From Trichoplax adhaerens (lineage: Eukaryota > Animalia > Placozoa), in assembly GCF_000150275.1 (NCBI RefSeq), contig NW_002060963.1, positions 419,978 through 483,977 of the forward strand: 64,000 bases of DNA. The letters are read 5' to 3'. A model generated the notes under the pieces. The model was not told where the DNA came from, did not search any database, and was given only the letters and a program-made list of their open reading frames with translations. Within the stretch, counting starts at the first letter, position 1. Each line of letters starts with the position of its first letter. This document shows, one piece after another, positions 40,301 to 54,957 of the stretch. Position numbers and translations under genes: made by a program.

Positions 40301-41728
40301 ATAAGATTCTAATCCGGCTATTACAACTTGCTTTATTTTATTAGTGGTGATTGGAAAAGTTGGGGTTTACTTTGGATGTGTGGAACCGAACTACGAGGCA
40401 GTACTGTTGGTATTTTTGGCCTTGGACGAATCGGTACATGCAGATAACGATACTCAATTATTTTAATTTTACCTTCGATTACCATCTTGATTCTAAAGAA
40501 AATGCTAACTGCGTACTTACATGTCACTAATTTACGCTTGTCTATACCGTATGAATGATATTTACTGTAGGTATCGCTATCGCTACACGCTTACAGTGTT
40601 TTGGAGTAAAACAATTTTACTATACTGATATCGTAGAGGTACCTCAAGGTTTGTGTTTTAATTCCAAATTATTATCTAATTTTCTTTTCTTACCTTCACA
40701 TTTAAGTAAAATTGCCTATATGAGAGTTAACTGTAGCGACTAATGTATAATTTTCATATCAAAAACTAATTGAAATTTTGTTCAAACAGCCTCTAAATTT
40801 GGTGCCGAGAGAGGTAATAGGGTATTTTCAATGGAAATCTAATTCTTGTACCATTACTAATTATTATTTTGCATTGATTAGTTGAAATTGAAGATCTCTT
40901 AAAAAGCTGTGATTTCATAATCATCAATTGCGCATTAACACCGGAGACAGCGGGTAATTTTTCAGACTGTAGAGATAGTAGATTTAATCTAAGATTTAGT
41001 TAGTTTGCAATGTGCTATTAACTAATGTAATTTTACTTTCTTTAGGCCTTTTTAACGAGAAAGCATTTGCAAAAATGAAGAACAATTGCGTTCTTGTTAA
41101 TGCTGCTAGGTAAACTATTAAGGCAATCACTAGTAGTATACAAAGGAAATAAAGCGGATTGAGATGTCAAGATTTTCTTATGAAATTATATCCACAATTT
41201 AATAACTATCTCTTCCAAGTATCGGATAATTTGTAACCGTGTGCACTATGAATAGTATTGAATAAAATTTTTGCTTAATAGGGATTTAAAGAAATTAAAA
41301 AAACGTTTCTGTCACAACTTTTATTAGGGGCGGCGTGATCAACCAGAAAGATTTATACCAAGCACTAGTCTCCGGAGCCATCAAGGTAAGTTTAATCTAA
41401 TTGAATTACTACAACTAACATTGTTCGCTATTGGAGTAAATATAATTTTATAATAATTAAATGTATAAAAGGGTGCTGGACTTGATGTAACTGACCCGGA
41501 ACCAATGGCGAAAGATGATCCATTACTGACCTTAAATAACTGCGGTAATTACATTAATAAGCATATAGAACCTCTGGAGTATACTTATAATTTACATATT
41601 TCTTAGTTGTTTTGCCACACATCGGTAGTAATACCATGGAAACAAGAACGGAAATGGCCAGTTTAGCGGTTAACAACGTCTTGGCTGTCTTGGATGGTAA
41701 ACCACTGCTAACCCCAGTTCCACGTTAA
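37384..41728 (+). CDS. GRHPR: Glyoxylate reductase/hydroxypyruvate reductase
   Basis: MTRVYVTR...; [23 protein letters not shown]; [21 protein letters not shown] (Rossmann fold); [15 protein letters not shown]; [11 protein letters not shown]; LPHIGS; stop at 41726-41728. Confidence 0.93.
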
Positions 41729-43454
41729 GTCTTTCTTCGATTCAGGAATACTGCAATGTCAAATACTGGCTTTCACCCTATAGCAAACATGTCGTCAACC
41801 ACAACATGCCCGTTTATCGTATATTGTAAATGTGTGATGTATATTTATTGTCCATATATAACATTTTAAAGTTATTGAGTTTGATTATATTAGCGGATTC
41901 TCGTATTAAACAGCAGGTAAATGGATACTTTTCTGTAGACAAAGAAACGACTTTCCACTAGCTAGAACGAAACGAAATATCTGATACACAATCTTTAAAG
42001 TTAACTACAAATTTCCTCGATGAGGCTTTAAGCTGCCCCCTAGTCCCTATAATCTAGCATTTAGATATGAGATCTTGACTATAGTAAAATTATAGTCATT
42101 GGTGTTTGAAATTAAAAATAAATGTACCTATTATTCATAGGTTGATTGACATTTAAAAATATTTATTCTCTTGCCATAACTTAATACCGTTAAAGTGACA
42201 TCCACGTACATATGCGTATATATAACGAAATGTCAATTAAGACACTGCTCTTCTGTCTCGAACAAGTACTGCATGCTAAAAACTAGTTAGCTGGTCCTAG
42301 GCAAGTGATTTTGATCATTCTTTGTTAGCAACAGGAAGAATGTTTGTATAGAATATGTGCTCCTTAGCAGTATTCAATTTTATGAATTATATATATGTGT
42401 TTTACATTATACGCGTACACATACCAAATTATTAGTTTACAAAACTAATAGAACTGTTGCGTTCTGGACTATTTGTACTAAGTATTAATAGCCATCGAAG
42501 CTATTATTAATAGAACTGTTCCCGTATTTTAAGCTATACACTTGTCGATGGCTTGCTACAGATTACTAAACTTATTGCAATTTATGCAAAAGCCAACAAG
42601 TCTGTAATAGCATACGAATTTATATTACTATGGTCATGCAATAGCATTCCAATATGCGTCCAGTATCTGAGCTCAATAGATAGCTGGCAAGCAGGTTAAA
42701 GAGTCTCAATTGTTAGGTTGCCTTATTATTTGGCATGTTTTGCAGAGCTCTGCGCTGGAAAGTTAGGTAGAAGCAGCTGTGGCCACTTCTTAGTTATATC
42801 TAAATGATATATGTACGTTATATCATGATGAAAACAAACAACAGCTGAATGCCGGTTTTGCACTCCATTTGTAACAAACCATAAAATAAATCCTTCTAGA
42901 TTTACTACCGATGCTATCTAGCCTAAAATATCCAGAAAGGAAGACTGTCAGCCATGATCGTTAAATTAAAGGCATTAATAGGGGTCCTTTTTCAGAATTC
43001 TATACAAATTATAGTATTGGTACTGATTCACGAGCTTCATTAATAGGTATCATACTACACTCGGATTGTACACCTATTTCGCGCTTGCATAGCTTACTAT
43101 AGTAGCTGCAGCGGTGGTCCGCTATAGCCCAACCCAAACACATGTCTGTAACACATACAAATACAGTACGAATCCGTTGCAGAAGTGGCATTTTCCTCTT
43201 CTCTCGTCCAATTTGCCTTTCCTCGCGCTTATTTCTATTCCATAGTATCGAAAACAAACTACCAGGAAGGATCAAATTTAGCAAAATTTTGATCGTCATT
43301 AGTGTAAAGAGCAGAAAATTAATCAGTTCCTTGATCAGTTAACCCTCGTTAAGGCTATTCTATCAACCTTTACATTGTATTGCTGCTTGGGAAGCAATAC
43401 GGATGCTAACAGTGATTGATTTGAGTAGCAAAAATTCAATTTGGATTTGATAAC

Positions 43455-46400
43455 ATGGCCGAAGACAAAAGTGCCAACAAACTCTTTCTAAGATGGTTAA
43501 GAGAATGGTATCAGGATGCTAGTGATAAAGATTCGAAGATGCGATTTGTATATAAAAAGGTAAAAAGTTAGCCTGTAGCATTAATGGCTTAGTGGATTAT
43601 ACGGTGTAGACCTAGAGGTGATTCGGCCAGTTGTTTGTCAAGCAGTCAGACGTTCCCTGCAATGGCCCATCGAGAAAGTTCACATATAACAGCGGCAGAC
43701 ATTCGAAAATGGAAGATATTGTCACGTCCGATGTTGTAGTTTTAATTACCATTCCAATTGCTTCAAATTTTCTATGGTGCTTTAGCCGGTTAATTTATCC
43801 ATTCTATGTTAGTCTTTGTCCATATGCAGAGCCTTGAAAACATGATTTTTAATTCCTTGCCGATGATACCTGTTCGACATGTTGTTATGCAGATGATTCG
43901 GTAAATTGAGCTCAACTCTGCGCAGTATAGTAGTGAAAGCTGGATCAAAGGTTGAGATATCGAATAGCTTAGGATTAGCAAGTGCTAATTATAAATTATA
44001 CTCCAAATCTCTATGCAAAATCAAATTCTTCTTTTTCCAAATGCTACCCAGTATAGTTGTTTACAAACTACAGGCAGTAAATTGGAGTTTTACAGTTGAC
44101 TGCTAAGATTGCGCACAGCTAATCGAATTCGATGGTCTAAATTGAAGTTTGCTATTGATTGAATTACCATAGGCTATTAAATCATTATCATCATACCCGC
44201 CACCTATTACCGATGTCCATGCGTTGAAGCAACTGCAAAATTTCGGAGTTAAGCTATGCAAAAGCCTTGGCGAAAAATTACAGCAATATCTGGACGAAGG
44301 CAGTAAGTGATCTAGTATAATCTTTACCGGTCGTAATACGTCTTATGCTTGCTATTCATGATGGCATAAATCAATCCAATGCAAAGCATCTAATCGCAGT
44401 AGTAATGTATCAATATTTCGTCTTCAACTTTGTTTTCCTAGCATGTATTGCTAATTTTTAAGTAAGTTAGAGATTGTTGTTAATTCTTGCATCTAGATAC
44501 ACTTCCTACTCATTCTGTAAATCCAGTAAAGAAAGCGACACCACCTATACCAAAAACCAGTGCCAAACAGCGTCCAATATCTAAAAGCAATCGTCCTAGC
44601 AAGACTCAGACCAAGCAACCTCTAGTAAGTGTCAAGTTGTAGATTTAAGCTTAAATTGTCAATTCTACTCTAAACATTATTATAGGTGATGTAAAAGAAA
44701 GGAAAATGCAATATAACACAGCTATACTTATTATTATTTAGAAAAAGAAGGCAGACACAGCACGGCAAAGAAGAGCTGATCGAAAAACAAGCGTTGAACC
44801 GGACGATGATAATGCAAACCAAGACTTAGCGAGTACCAGTAGCGATGAAATCCTCTTCAGTACCGGAATTGATCAATCCTCAGGTCGCAAGCATCGCAAT
44901 ACAGCACGTAAAAGTTGTCCCATTAATCTAGATGACTTTTACACCAGGTAAATAAAAATATTAAAGAAGCTGTGACTTGATCTAAAATCAGGGAGTGTGG
45001 ATGTATAGCAAGAGAAATTACTGTCTCTCATTACTCCTCCAATGAAATAAAGTTAGGCAAACTTACTACATATCACTCTAGGTTCTGTATATATTTCTAG
45101 TGCAGTAGTGCAGTATATTTCGAGTTTATCAAGTTTGAGACAAGTGTATATTTTAATATTAGTCCCTACGTTTCATTGCCCAGTTATTAAAATGAGATAT
45201 ACTATATTACAGATTATTAGCATTTCATCTCTTCAGCTTAAACATGCAATTGAAGCACTGCTATCTAGAAAGTAGTTGGCGTACGCCCAACTAATGTAAG
45301 CTTATATTTTAATAAAAATTCAAGCTTGAAATATTGGTATATTGATGAGAATAAGAATACCGTTATGGCAAGAAAGAAATCTAAACTCATTTTTAATGGT
45401 ATGTCTTTATAATAACGTCGTCTGCACACTCGATACAACTGCAGAATTTGTCATTTTGCAAACGGCTCGGTTATTTTACAAAATGACCAATTATCTATAC
45501 GATAAATGACATATAGATGTAGAGTGCATAAGTAGGCTTCATGCTTTTTATTTGCTTACTGCGGTCTATGGGCTTAAAGTTAATCTAGTTGAAACTTAAT
45601 TTCCAGTAATTGCTATTATGCGTGTATAGTTACTTAAACGACCATGTCCTATTTTGTTGCAACAGATGCAGGGCAAAAATTATATACTATCAAAACTACA
45701 TTTAGTCAACTTGTTTCATCAAAGGTAAAATATCGCCTTGATGAAAATCAAGATCAGTCCAAGTAAGTTGCAGTTTGACATTGTTACTCATTCCTCAATT
45801 GAACAGATGTGTATAGGTTTACTTGTTTATTATGATAGAGAGATGATTAGATACTGCTATTACAGTGAGGATACTGTCATTTTTTCTCCGTCAAACTAAC
45901 TCCTGTTTATAAAATAAAGCGATAGCGAATTCATTATTGCCTACCTCCATCATGATTACGCTAGTGAATTATGCAATCCGCCACGTGAATTATGCAATCT
46001 GCCACGCGATTCTACATATGGTATGTCAGGCTCACTGTACGAGATATAAATTCACCAAGTTGATACAGATTTAGCGGATACCACTTCTATCTACAGTATA
46101 TATCTTAGCAAGCCTTCATTATTTTACTATGTTGATGACTAATTTGTGACCTCATTCATAGATTCACGTGCTGTAGAATTTGGATCTAGGGAAACTACAA
46201 CGTCTTCGAGAAAATGTGCATTTAAGCTTCAGCCTGGTATGTTTGTATCAATTATATTCTATGCTTGCATAGTTGAATATCGCTAAATAACCCTGTCTTA
46301 ATAACTTCTGTACTTAAATCCTTCGTTATTGTCTTTCCAAAAAATTAATTACTTAGACGACTATAGGATCTGCTTATGTGTTGATAATCAAGAAATGAGC

Positions 46401-47970
46401 GGGTACAGCAGCTGTTCTGTCATAAAATATTGCATGGAACCTTAAAATAAATTTTATTTATGTAAATTTGATTTAATCTCCAGGAGAAGTACCACAATTG
46501 ATTTTGGAGGTTTTTTCGATACTTGCGGTAGTATCTTGTTTACACTTAATTTGTAAACGAATCTTTTTATCAATTTGTTATAACGTTTAGTAACAAATTT
46601 TTACAGACTTTATCTACGACAAACGCAAATTACATCTTGGCGACTTTCTTTGGGTAGCGAAAGATAAAAATAGTATGCTGGCGTTGAATATGTATTAGAT
46701 ATTAGCAAAGTAGTAATATTAATTTATCAATTGCTCTTTCATCTTCAATGTCATATATACCCTATACAAGGTGATAGGGAACTTGTAATAGACTGTATTG
46801 TTGAAAGGAAAAGTATGGATGATCTCGGTTCTAGCATTAAAGACGGCAGATATCATGAGCAAAAGGTAAATGATGAATAGTACCTACATTTAGAACTTAC
46901 TGTAAGAAATTAGGTAAGTAAACCCTGGTATTACTAAATTTTTTCTTGATTTAAATGTAAAATGTACTTGTTTATCATTCTCATTACTTAACAGTTTCGG
47001 CTCGGGAAGTGTGAAATGAATAAAATTTTCTACGTAGCTGAAAATTCTAATAGTTCTGGTGTCGGTATACCAATATCCAGATTACATCAAGCAATACTAA
47101 ATACTCGCGTATGAATAAAGTTTTATTGGATTTACGTGAAACTTTACGTCGATATGCTTTAATCATTTTGTTAACTTTAGGTTGTAGACGACTTTGCTGT
47201 TTGGGTTACTCAAAGTTGGAAAGAAACGGCCGAATTTATTGCCGCTCTTACGAAAAGTCTTCAACATATGTATCGGGTTAATATATTCATGATTCAGCTA
47301 ACTTATGGTATTGTTACAACCCAATATTTATTACGAGATATTATATACTCCTTTGCTCTAGGGTAAAACTTTATACTGTGCAGCAGATCAATGTGATGTA
47401 GCCTATGCTGATGATTACTTACCTACGTTCGAAATGTTTAATAAAAGATTCGTGAAGAACAAGGTAATATAACAAAATTATAAGTAATTACTGTTGAGCA
47501 GTTATTATCTATGCAATTGACATTATTTTATGTACTGTACACTTGCAAATCAGAAAATGACTGTCAAAGAAGCATTTGTTAAACTATTACTTCCAATCAG
47601 TGGTGCATCACCTGATAAGGCATTTGCGATTGTAAATGTCTACCCGACTGTTAACCAGTAAGCTTAAAATAGATTAATTCTTCACTTGATTAAGATACTA
47701 ACAAGATCGATATTTTTCGGACTATTCTCAAGTTTATTAACAAAATATGAAGAATGTGAAAAAGAAGATGATAAAATACGGCTATTGGCTAATATAAGAT
47801 ATGGCTCAAAAAATAGGTTACAAATTTCTTTCTTGTAGAAATGATACAAAAATAATATGATTGAAATCTCGACTAACATTTTTTTGCAATTTATGTCGCA
47901 TTATAGAAATATTGGACACGCTCTCAGCAAATCGATATATCTGTTTTTTAATACTGTAGCAACATCATAA
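43455..47970 (+). CDS. MUS81: Crossover junction endonuclease MUS81 (middle exons uncertain)
   Basis: N-terminal HhH region (NKLFLRWLREW...YKKAIKSLSSYP..LQNFGVKLC), ERCC4 domain (LHLGDFLWVA; CIVERKSMDDLGSSIKDGRYHEQKFRL) and C-terminal HhH2 (NIGHALSKSIY). Confidence 0.92.
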
Positions 47971-48347
47971 CCTAATCTACGCGTATACTAATTCATTCTC
48001 TATCGTTAAACCGATTTAACTCGTAACGATGCAGCTCACTCATATGGTTAAGTGTGAATTGAACTAGTTATATACAAAGTAGAGTGAAAACATCATTGTA
48101 TATTTTATACAGCGTCTGATGGATTGCCATTTCTCTCGTTTGCCAATATCCATTTCCTTAGTAATGCTTCTAAATTCTTGTTTACAATTGGATTTCCTTT
48201 ATCGGAATTATGGATTGGTATAATAAATGATATAACATCAGTAAATAGTCAATCTTTCGATTTATTTTATTTAGGTAATGGAGTGGTTTTCTGCAATCTG
48301 CATTTTGCTACGTCTTCGATATGGAGCCATTACCATCACAACTCATT

Positions 48348-51098
48348 TTAGTACACAATTGCAGATGTCGCCGATTTATTCAGTCCACATGCTCCAATGC
48401 CACGTACCACTCTGTAATAACCCTAATGATAGTAGTTCATACACAATACGAATTATAATGATTATGCAGTTACGGCGTAAACGTGAGAGCTCAACTGCGA
48501 TGCTTACCTTTTCTCCCCAATCGGTTCCCCAACTTTAAAATATAATTACATAGCATAAATTAATAAATTATAATGCAGTACAAGAATTACTCAAGGGCTA
48601 TAAATCTATATTAATTATAATTTTCAATTCCTTGAGATATAAACGCAGTATAATCGATATACAGTATTAAGCTTAATTAAAAAGCATAAGCCTAGCATGT
48701 CAATACAAACCTATTTTTTATTATCCAATAGGGTGTACTTTTCTCTAAAACAACATTACATTAAAAGAAACAATAAATATCCACTAGTAATAAGTATATT
48801 CATCATGAGTGTTAACATATCGTTGTAATTCATGGCGATAAACTACAGCAAATTTTATAAGATATTACATCATTTGAATCAATATTATCTTACCTTCACC
48901 ATAGCCAACGATTAAAACTCCATGATCTAATAATTTCGGATTGCAGTCTTTGTTTGTTGGATGAGCTATTCCTCCTTTGTAATGCTAGTAACAAGGTAAA
49001 TTGTACACTTCAATCGTATCGTAGCACAAACATACATATATTAAGAATCACCTTCATTTTACAATTACAAGCCAATCATTTAAAAGTCTGGTGATGCCTT
49101 GAAAATAACTATTTAATATTATCATCAATCTGACTTTGATTTTATAGTACTATAATACATGCAGTATCAAATTACTATAATTAAGGAAAATTCTTAGCGA
49201 GAAAAATCTCATCTTACCAGCATGTTTACGGAGTTAATTCCAATTGCAACGGGACCATGTGCAACAAGCCAAGCAGCAAGATCTATGATAAGATTTTTTG
49301 TTTGTTAGCTTTAAATGATCTATCATACGATAGAAGATCAAATTTTTATGCTGCGAAAGCTGCATAATAATCCAATAAACCATTTCATTTTATTTCGTAG
49401 GCTCGTAATACAGATTCATAATAGTGATATCACTGTACCTGTCTCGTTCGTTGATACTTTAACAGAGGAATTAATGTAAACAACTTCTTCACTTTTATTG
49501 AGCTTGCATTTACCATTTTTAGCAACATAAGGGTAATCTTTTTCAGTTTCCAAGCCTCCCAGTCGATTCATGATAGAATGATACGCATTGAGTGGTAACC
49601 CTCCTTTGCAACCTTCATCGATCTTATCGCAATCTACCAACTCTTGTTCACTTAATGAGTATAATTTGCCTTTATTTAGGTACCATTGACCCTCAATATT
49701 ACCAGTAGTAGCAAACGCCCAGCATGCACCGCAACGTTTCTATAATTATTAACATATCTAAAATTATACAGGCTGTACGTATGATGCTAACTCTTTATAA
49801 CTATACCAAACAAGTACAGTATGAACAATTTCTTAAATACTGGGTAGAGAAAGGCTTTATATTAAGGCAATGATTAAGAGCTATAGTGTCGATTAAATAC
49901 TATTGACTTCTGTCCTACTAACGAATCTATTATTATCATTATACGAGGTGAACAATTTTATTACCTGATCTTTAACGGCTGTAACAGCTCCTACGAAAAG
50001 TATTAGATAATAGAGAATTGGTTCACTATTAAATCAATTCGGTATGATTGCATACTAAAAAGCCATGATTTAACAAAATATTGAAGCTATTGGCGCATGT
50101 CATCTTTCTATTTGTCGCTTATCGAGTAAATACAGCTACAATATATCTACTAAAGCAGCAATGATAAAAATTTAACGTGTACCTTTACTTCTCCAATCGA
50201 AGGATTGAGGGAGGGAATTTAATTGAGGAATGTTTGCTTTTTTAGTAGGGTAAAGTTGTTGTGGCCACTTTTTCATAGCATAAAATGATTTAACTTCTTG
50301 ATCTAGATAAAATAATACAGTAATTTATATGCTATTCTTCATCAATAGATATTGTAAAGGTTACGAGAATAAAGTGAAATTTAGGCGAAAGAAATCGTTA
50401 ACCTGTTAAATCACTAAGCTTGGTGAAACCGTAGCGTCCGGTAGCGTTATCATGCTTTTGAAATAGCATAGCTCTAGCCATGTTTTTCGTAAATACTTGA
50501 TAACGATAGTTTAATTCTGTCGATATCGTAATGTTGTTGAATTAAGAAAATTTAATGCGTGTTACATTTCGTTTTCTTGGATTTATATCAGAATTATGCA
50601 GTAAGATTGGATACCGTATCAAGTAGTTAACGCGATTGTCCTACAATATGCGTACTGCGATAAGTTTAAATACAACTTGAATATCTATTCACAATCCATA
50701 TTATGAAATGAAGAAGTAATTCTAGCCTTTATCATTACTAGATGAATTGTCACTATTGTCAAATTGAATACACGTCATATTCACTACAGTAAAGAGATCA
50801 TTGACTCAACATCGATCCGTATTAGTTAACTTGCAAAAACTAATTTAGAGCCGATGCCATATTCGAGTAAAACACAGTATGATTACCTCTGGAAAGAGGT
50901 AGGATAAACTACTGTTATACTGCAGTAGTATTGTATGTAAATATCACCATAAAGACATGAATGAAGGCATTGATGATGAATGCACCAGTTCATGGATAAT
51001 ACATAGTCATCTATCTTACCTTGTATATTATTGTAACTCTTGTTATATTCCTTAATAAATTGTAGATAGTTTTTAAACATTGGATCATGATGAGTAGC
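48348..51098 (-). CDS. CTSF: Cathepsin F-like papain-family cysteine protease (5' exons not identified)
   Basis: I29 prodomain with ERFNAQ spacing ([20 protein letters not shown]). Catalytic motifs [22 protein letters not shown] and YWIIKNSWG; also [17 protein letters not shown]. Confidence 0.88.
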
Positions 51099-52353
51099 CT
51101 AAAGAAAAAAAAAAATCGTCCATTAAGATTTCTATTGCATAGTCATCATCACAATAACACCCGTATAAGTGTAGAATTAGAGATGAAAATTTTACATTGA
51201 GGTTTAAAGTAGCATTTACTACCTTCATCTACGTATACTAATAGTCAAGATTCTATAGATCGAGTATATTAAGGGATCCAGTCAATTCTTATGCTCTATC
51301 ATATACAAATAGGAGAAAATACAAATCTAAAACTCATCCACTCGATCCGATTCTAGAGATACCGATACACTCATCACTATGTTGTCTATATCAATCAGTA
51401 TCAATACCTTCACCATTTTATCGGGTATAAAAATTATCGTTGATTCATTGAATCACTCGCTCTTTTACTGTTGGAGATCGATTATACATCACTAGTATTT
51501 ATTATTACAGGATGGGAAACTGTGGGTCTTTGCTATAGCAACGATGTCGCGCCATCAAATCATCGTTTTAGAAAGGTCTTCTCAACGTTGTTATGGCTAG
51601 CTGACTTGAAGGAGCATCATCCTCCTTCATCCATCGATGAATTTGGTCATGAGAGAAAGACCATAATTCGATCGAAAGCTTAGTATAGAATACTGAATGT
51701 TCAATTGAATGGAATGGCTAGAATTATTTGACACGATAGCATCGTTAAAATGGTATGCATTGCTTGTACTCCTATCCTACTATCATGCAAACTGGGGCTA
51801 TGTCGTCATTCCTTCAAGGATTGATTCTAATCTACAATTCACATACCGTGTCTTGACTGAATCGTCTTGTAGCAGGTTGTAACTGCATCATTTTGACCCA
51901 TTGATGAGCATGATTGCCCTTGGAAATGGTGCTAAAAACGAGCAACAAGAGTAATAAATGGATCCACTTGATCGCCATGGTTGTCCACTAGCGTAGTCAA
52001 TGGGATGGATGGATGCGATCTGATACTGTAAAGTGTACGGTGTAGTCCTTTTGGAGGCCCTACAGTACTGTATGTCGAATATACTGTATCTAGCAGGCCC
52101 TAGTCTCTCTCTCATACAAGACTTGGATGCTATTCCCTCGGCGTCGAAAACGACTTGTTGTTATTTACTTTGAATTAGTTAACAAAATAGATAAAACCTT
52201 TGGTTTTATAACCAATTTTATATTTCACAATTTAGGGCAAAACCTTCTCTCTAATACTGAAGAATCAATGATTGAAGGGAATATTTTGAGTTTGCTTGGG
52301 AACGATATTGATCAATTCTAGCGGATACTGGCTGATATTGGTTTTTCCGGTAG

Positions 52354-53189
52354 TTATAACGTTTATAACCTGTTCCAGTTATAACATGACAACCTTAGGG
52401 TTCTGTTCCGTTCCGTACCGTACCGTGCCATTCGCTCACTTCAGAGTGTACAGTGTACAGTGTACAGTGTACAGTACAGCATCATGCCAAGTTGGTTGAA
52501 TGCAATGCTGGGTCTTTGTCAAAATATTTATGCCCAACACACTTGATTAGAATCGTGATTTAGTATGAAGACAGTCGATTTGAAATTGACAGATTTTTTC
52601 TCAATTAATTAAGCTGGTTGAATGTTATTATCTGCTATTAAGCTCTGCTTGAAATAGATCATCCATGTGATTGAAATCAGTAGCAGTGATTTCGAAAACA
52701 GATACGGAAGATCCATCGTATGTAGCCATTTTTCTATATTGACAGCTTCATTTATTGAGAAAAGTCCGTCTGTCTGAAGAGAGAGTGATCAGTCGTAGAC
52801 TATGTGGCTGTTCAGGGTGTCCGGAAAGTCTGGACACATCTTATTTAGTTCTGTATGAAAGATGCGTCCAAACTTTATTTCCAAATTTTGTATGCTGTAA
52901 GGTCATGTTCTGGAGATTTTAATAGGGGACACCACAATATGGTCAGAATGAATCAACTGGTCACTCCACGCCTGTGTTGAACTCATTCTGACCAGCTAGA
53001 GCCATTTTTCCATATTGACAGCTTCATTTGTTGAGAAAAGTCCGTCTGTCTGAGCGAGAGTGATCAGTCATAGACTATGTACTTGTACTATAGGAGACAA
53101 CATAACATGGTCAGAATGAGTCAAGTGGTCACTCCACACCAGTGTTGAGCGGTGTTGCAGTCATTCTGACCAGCGACAGTCGCTGCAAT
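52354..53189 (+). repeat. Segment duplicated almost exactly at 63166-64000; contains internal direct repeats and two hairpins
   Basis: By eye, identical to 63166-64000 apart from one missing A at the start of the second copy. Internal repeat at 52725-52805/53000-53080; TGGTCAGAATGA...TCATTCTGACCA hairpins at 52940 and 53108. Confidence 0.95.
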
Positions 53190-54957
53190 AGTTCGCAGAC
53201 TAGCCGCCAAGGAGAGCTTTTGACAAGATGGCTTCCTCCTTTCAATTGCAATGTGAGTAGGACACACTATCCAACTGTTATTCGATAGACTGATCATTAA
53301 ATGGCTCGATATCGTCCCCATATTGCCTTAATCGATGGGCACGAGTAGACTACAAGTTGGCTATTGATGTAGATTGTCCAGTAGGCTAGTGGTCATGCGT
53401 TGATCATGTCTGAAATTGAAGCATGTTTCTTCCATCTTGCATCATGATCAGTCATTGATCTAGCGTGGTTCTATGGTAGCAAAATAGGCCAAAATCAAGA
53501 ACGATTGTGTCCTTTCCTTGCAACTTTCTTTTCGGTAGTGCTAGCATGAAATGTTTGCACTGATTGCAACCAATCCATTTCGCTTTCTCGCTCATCACCA
53601 CTCGTCGACCTCGACTGGACTTCCAATACAACGTCAAAGATTGACTAAATAGTGTGAAAATGAAATAGATCAGCAGGAAATTAAAAACCGATACTGTACT
53701 TGATATTCCATGAATGTATATCCTATACCTGCTAGTCCTATCGATGTTTTTACTCTTGAATTTTCGTAACCGGTTAAGTGCCTATACCCAATGATCCGAC
53801 CGTTTGGATGCATTCTGTACTCTACGTATTATATGCTTGATGAGAAAGTCAATATAGACTTAGACGTGTAAAATTAACTTGATTCCTGTAGTCTTACTTT
53901 AATCAGTAGATTATACGCAATAGAATGAAATAGATATTTATGTAGACCCGTCTAGCCGAACAATATAGCATCGTACAATACCTCTTCTCATCCATTCGTA
54001 ACTAAATACTCCATTAGGACCAAATAACCTACGATAGCTCCAATAAATGAGCTGTTACTATAAGACGAGTAGAATCGAAATTTCCATGAATTTGAACATA
54101 ATCTCATTTGTCCCGCAAGACTTTATCTCCATCTACTCTACTAGTGGATAACTTCTTATTCAATATCATGTTGCATGTATATGTAATGATATTTTGCAGA
54201 CATACAGTATCTTGTGTCGTTTTCCTGCAGTATTAGATACAAACCTATGCCAAGAAAGTACCTTTCGTTATAGCATTAAAAAGGGATTCGTGATACAACA
54301 AACTATAGCTAACTTCTTGAACCAATAGACAACGTCCATGGGTATCCATGGAAAAATAGAGACCTCGTCATTATTATTATACCTTCAATGATAATTAATT
54401 ATCTTTTAGCCATTTTATTGCTGATCAATGAACCTACAGTATACCGTGATATACGTAAAAAATGGAAGAATAATTTTATCTTGACCAATCTCGACTGTTC
54501 TCATCAATATTGTCCTGATTTCTAAAATTGAAACCTAAGCGTATTCTGCTCCTTTTAGGCAACAACCTATTGGTAACTTCTTTGTCTATGTGTTAGCAGA
54601 AAACATGAACCTCATTCAGAATTATACTTTTCTCATTGATGCTACTTACACCAACATTATCTTTTATCCATTTTATTGCTGAAATTGGAATCTATTTCGT
54701 TGTACTATCTGAAGCTTGAGAAAATTTCATCTTGACCAATCTGGACTGTTCGCATCCATGTTGTCTTAATTTCTAACATTAGAACCTATTCGTAATATTA
54801 TAACTTGCATAAACTTAAGAACATTTCTTTTTTTCAATTCATCCTATTCTAGATGTTTTTCTTCAACAGTAATTCTTAAACGATGGCTTATTGCAAGCTT
54901 ATATCTATCCATTTAGTACATGATTGGGTCGCTTGCAGAGAATTTCTAGACTAGTCA

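Noticed and set aside
43009-44106. Small ORFs around the MUS81 promoter and intron 1, and other 60-100 aa ORFs in the track
   Set aside because: They have no recognisable motifs or supporting splice structure and are mostly intronic, antisense or alternative-frame.
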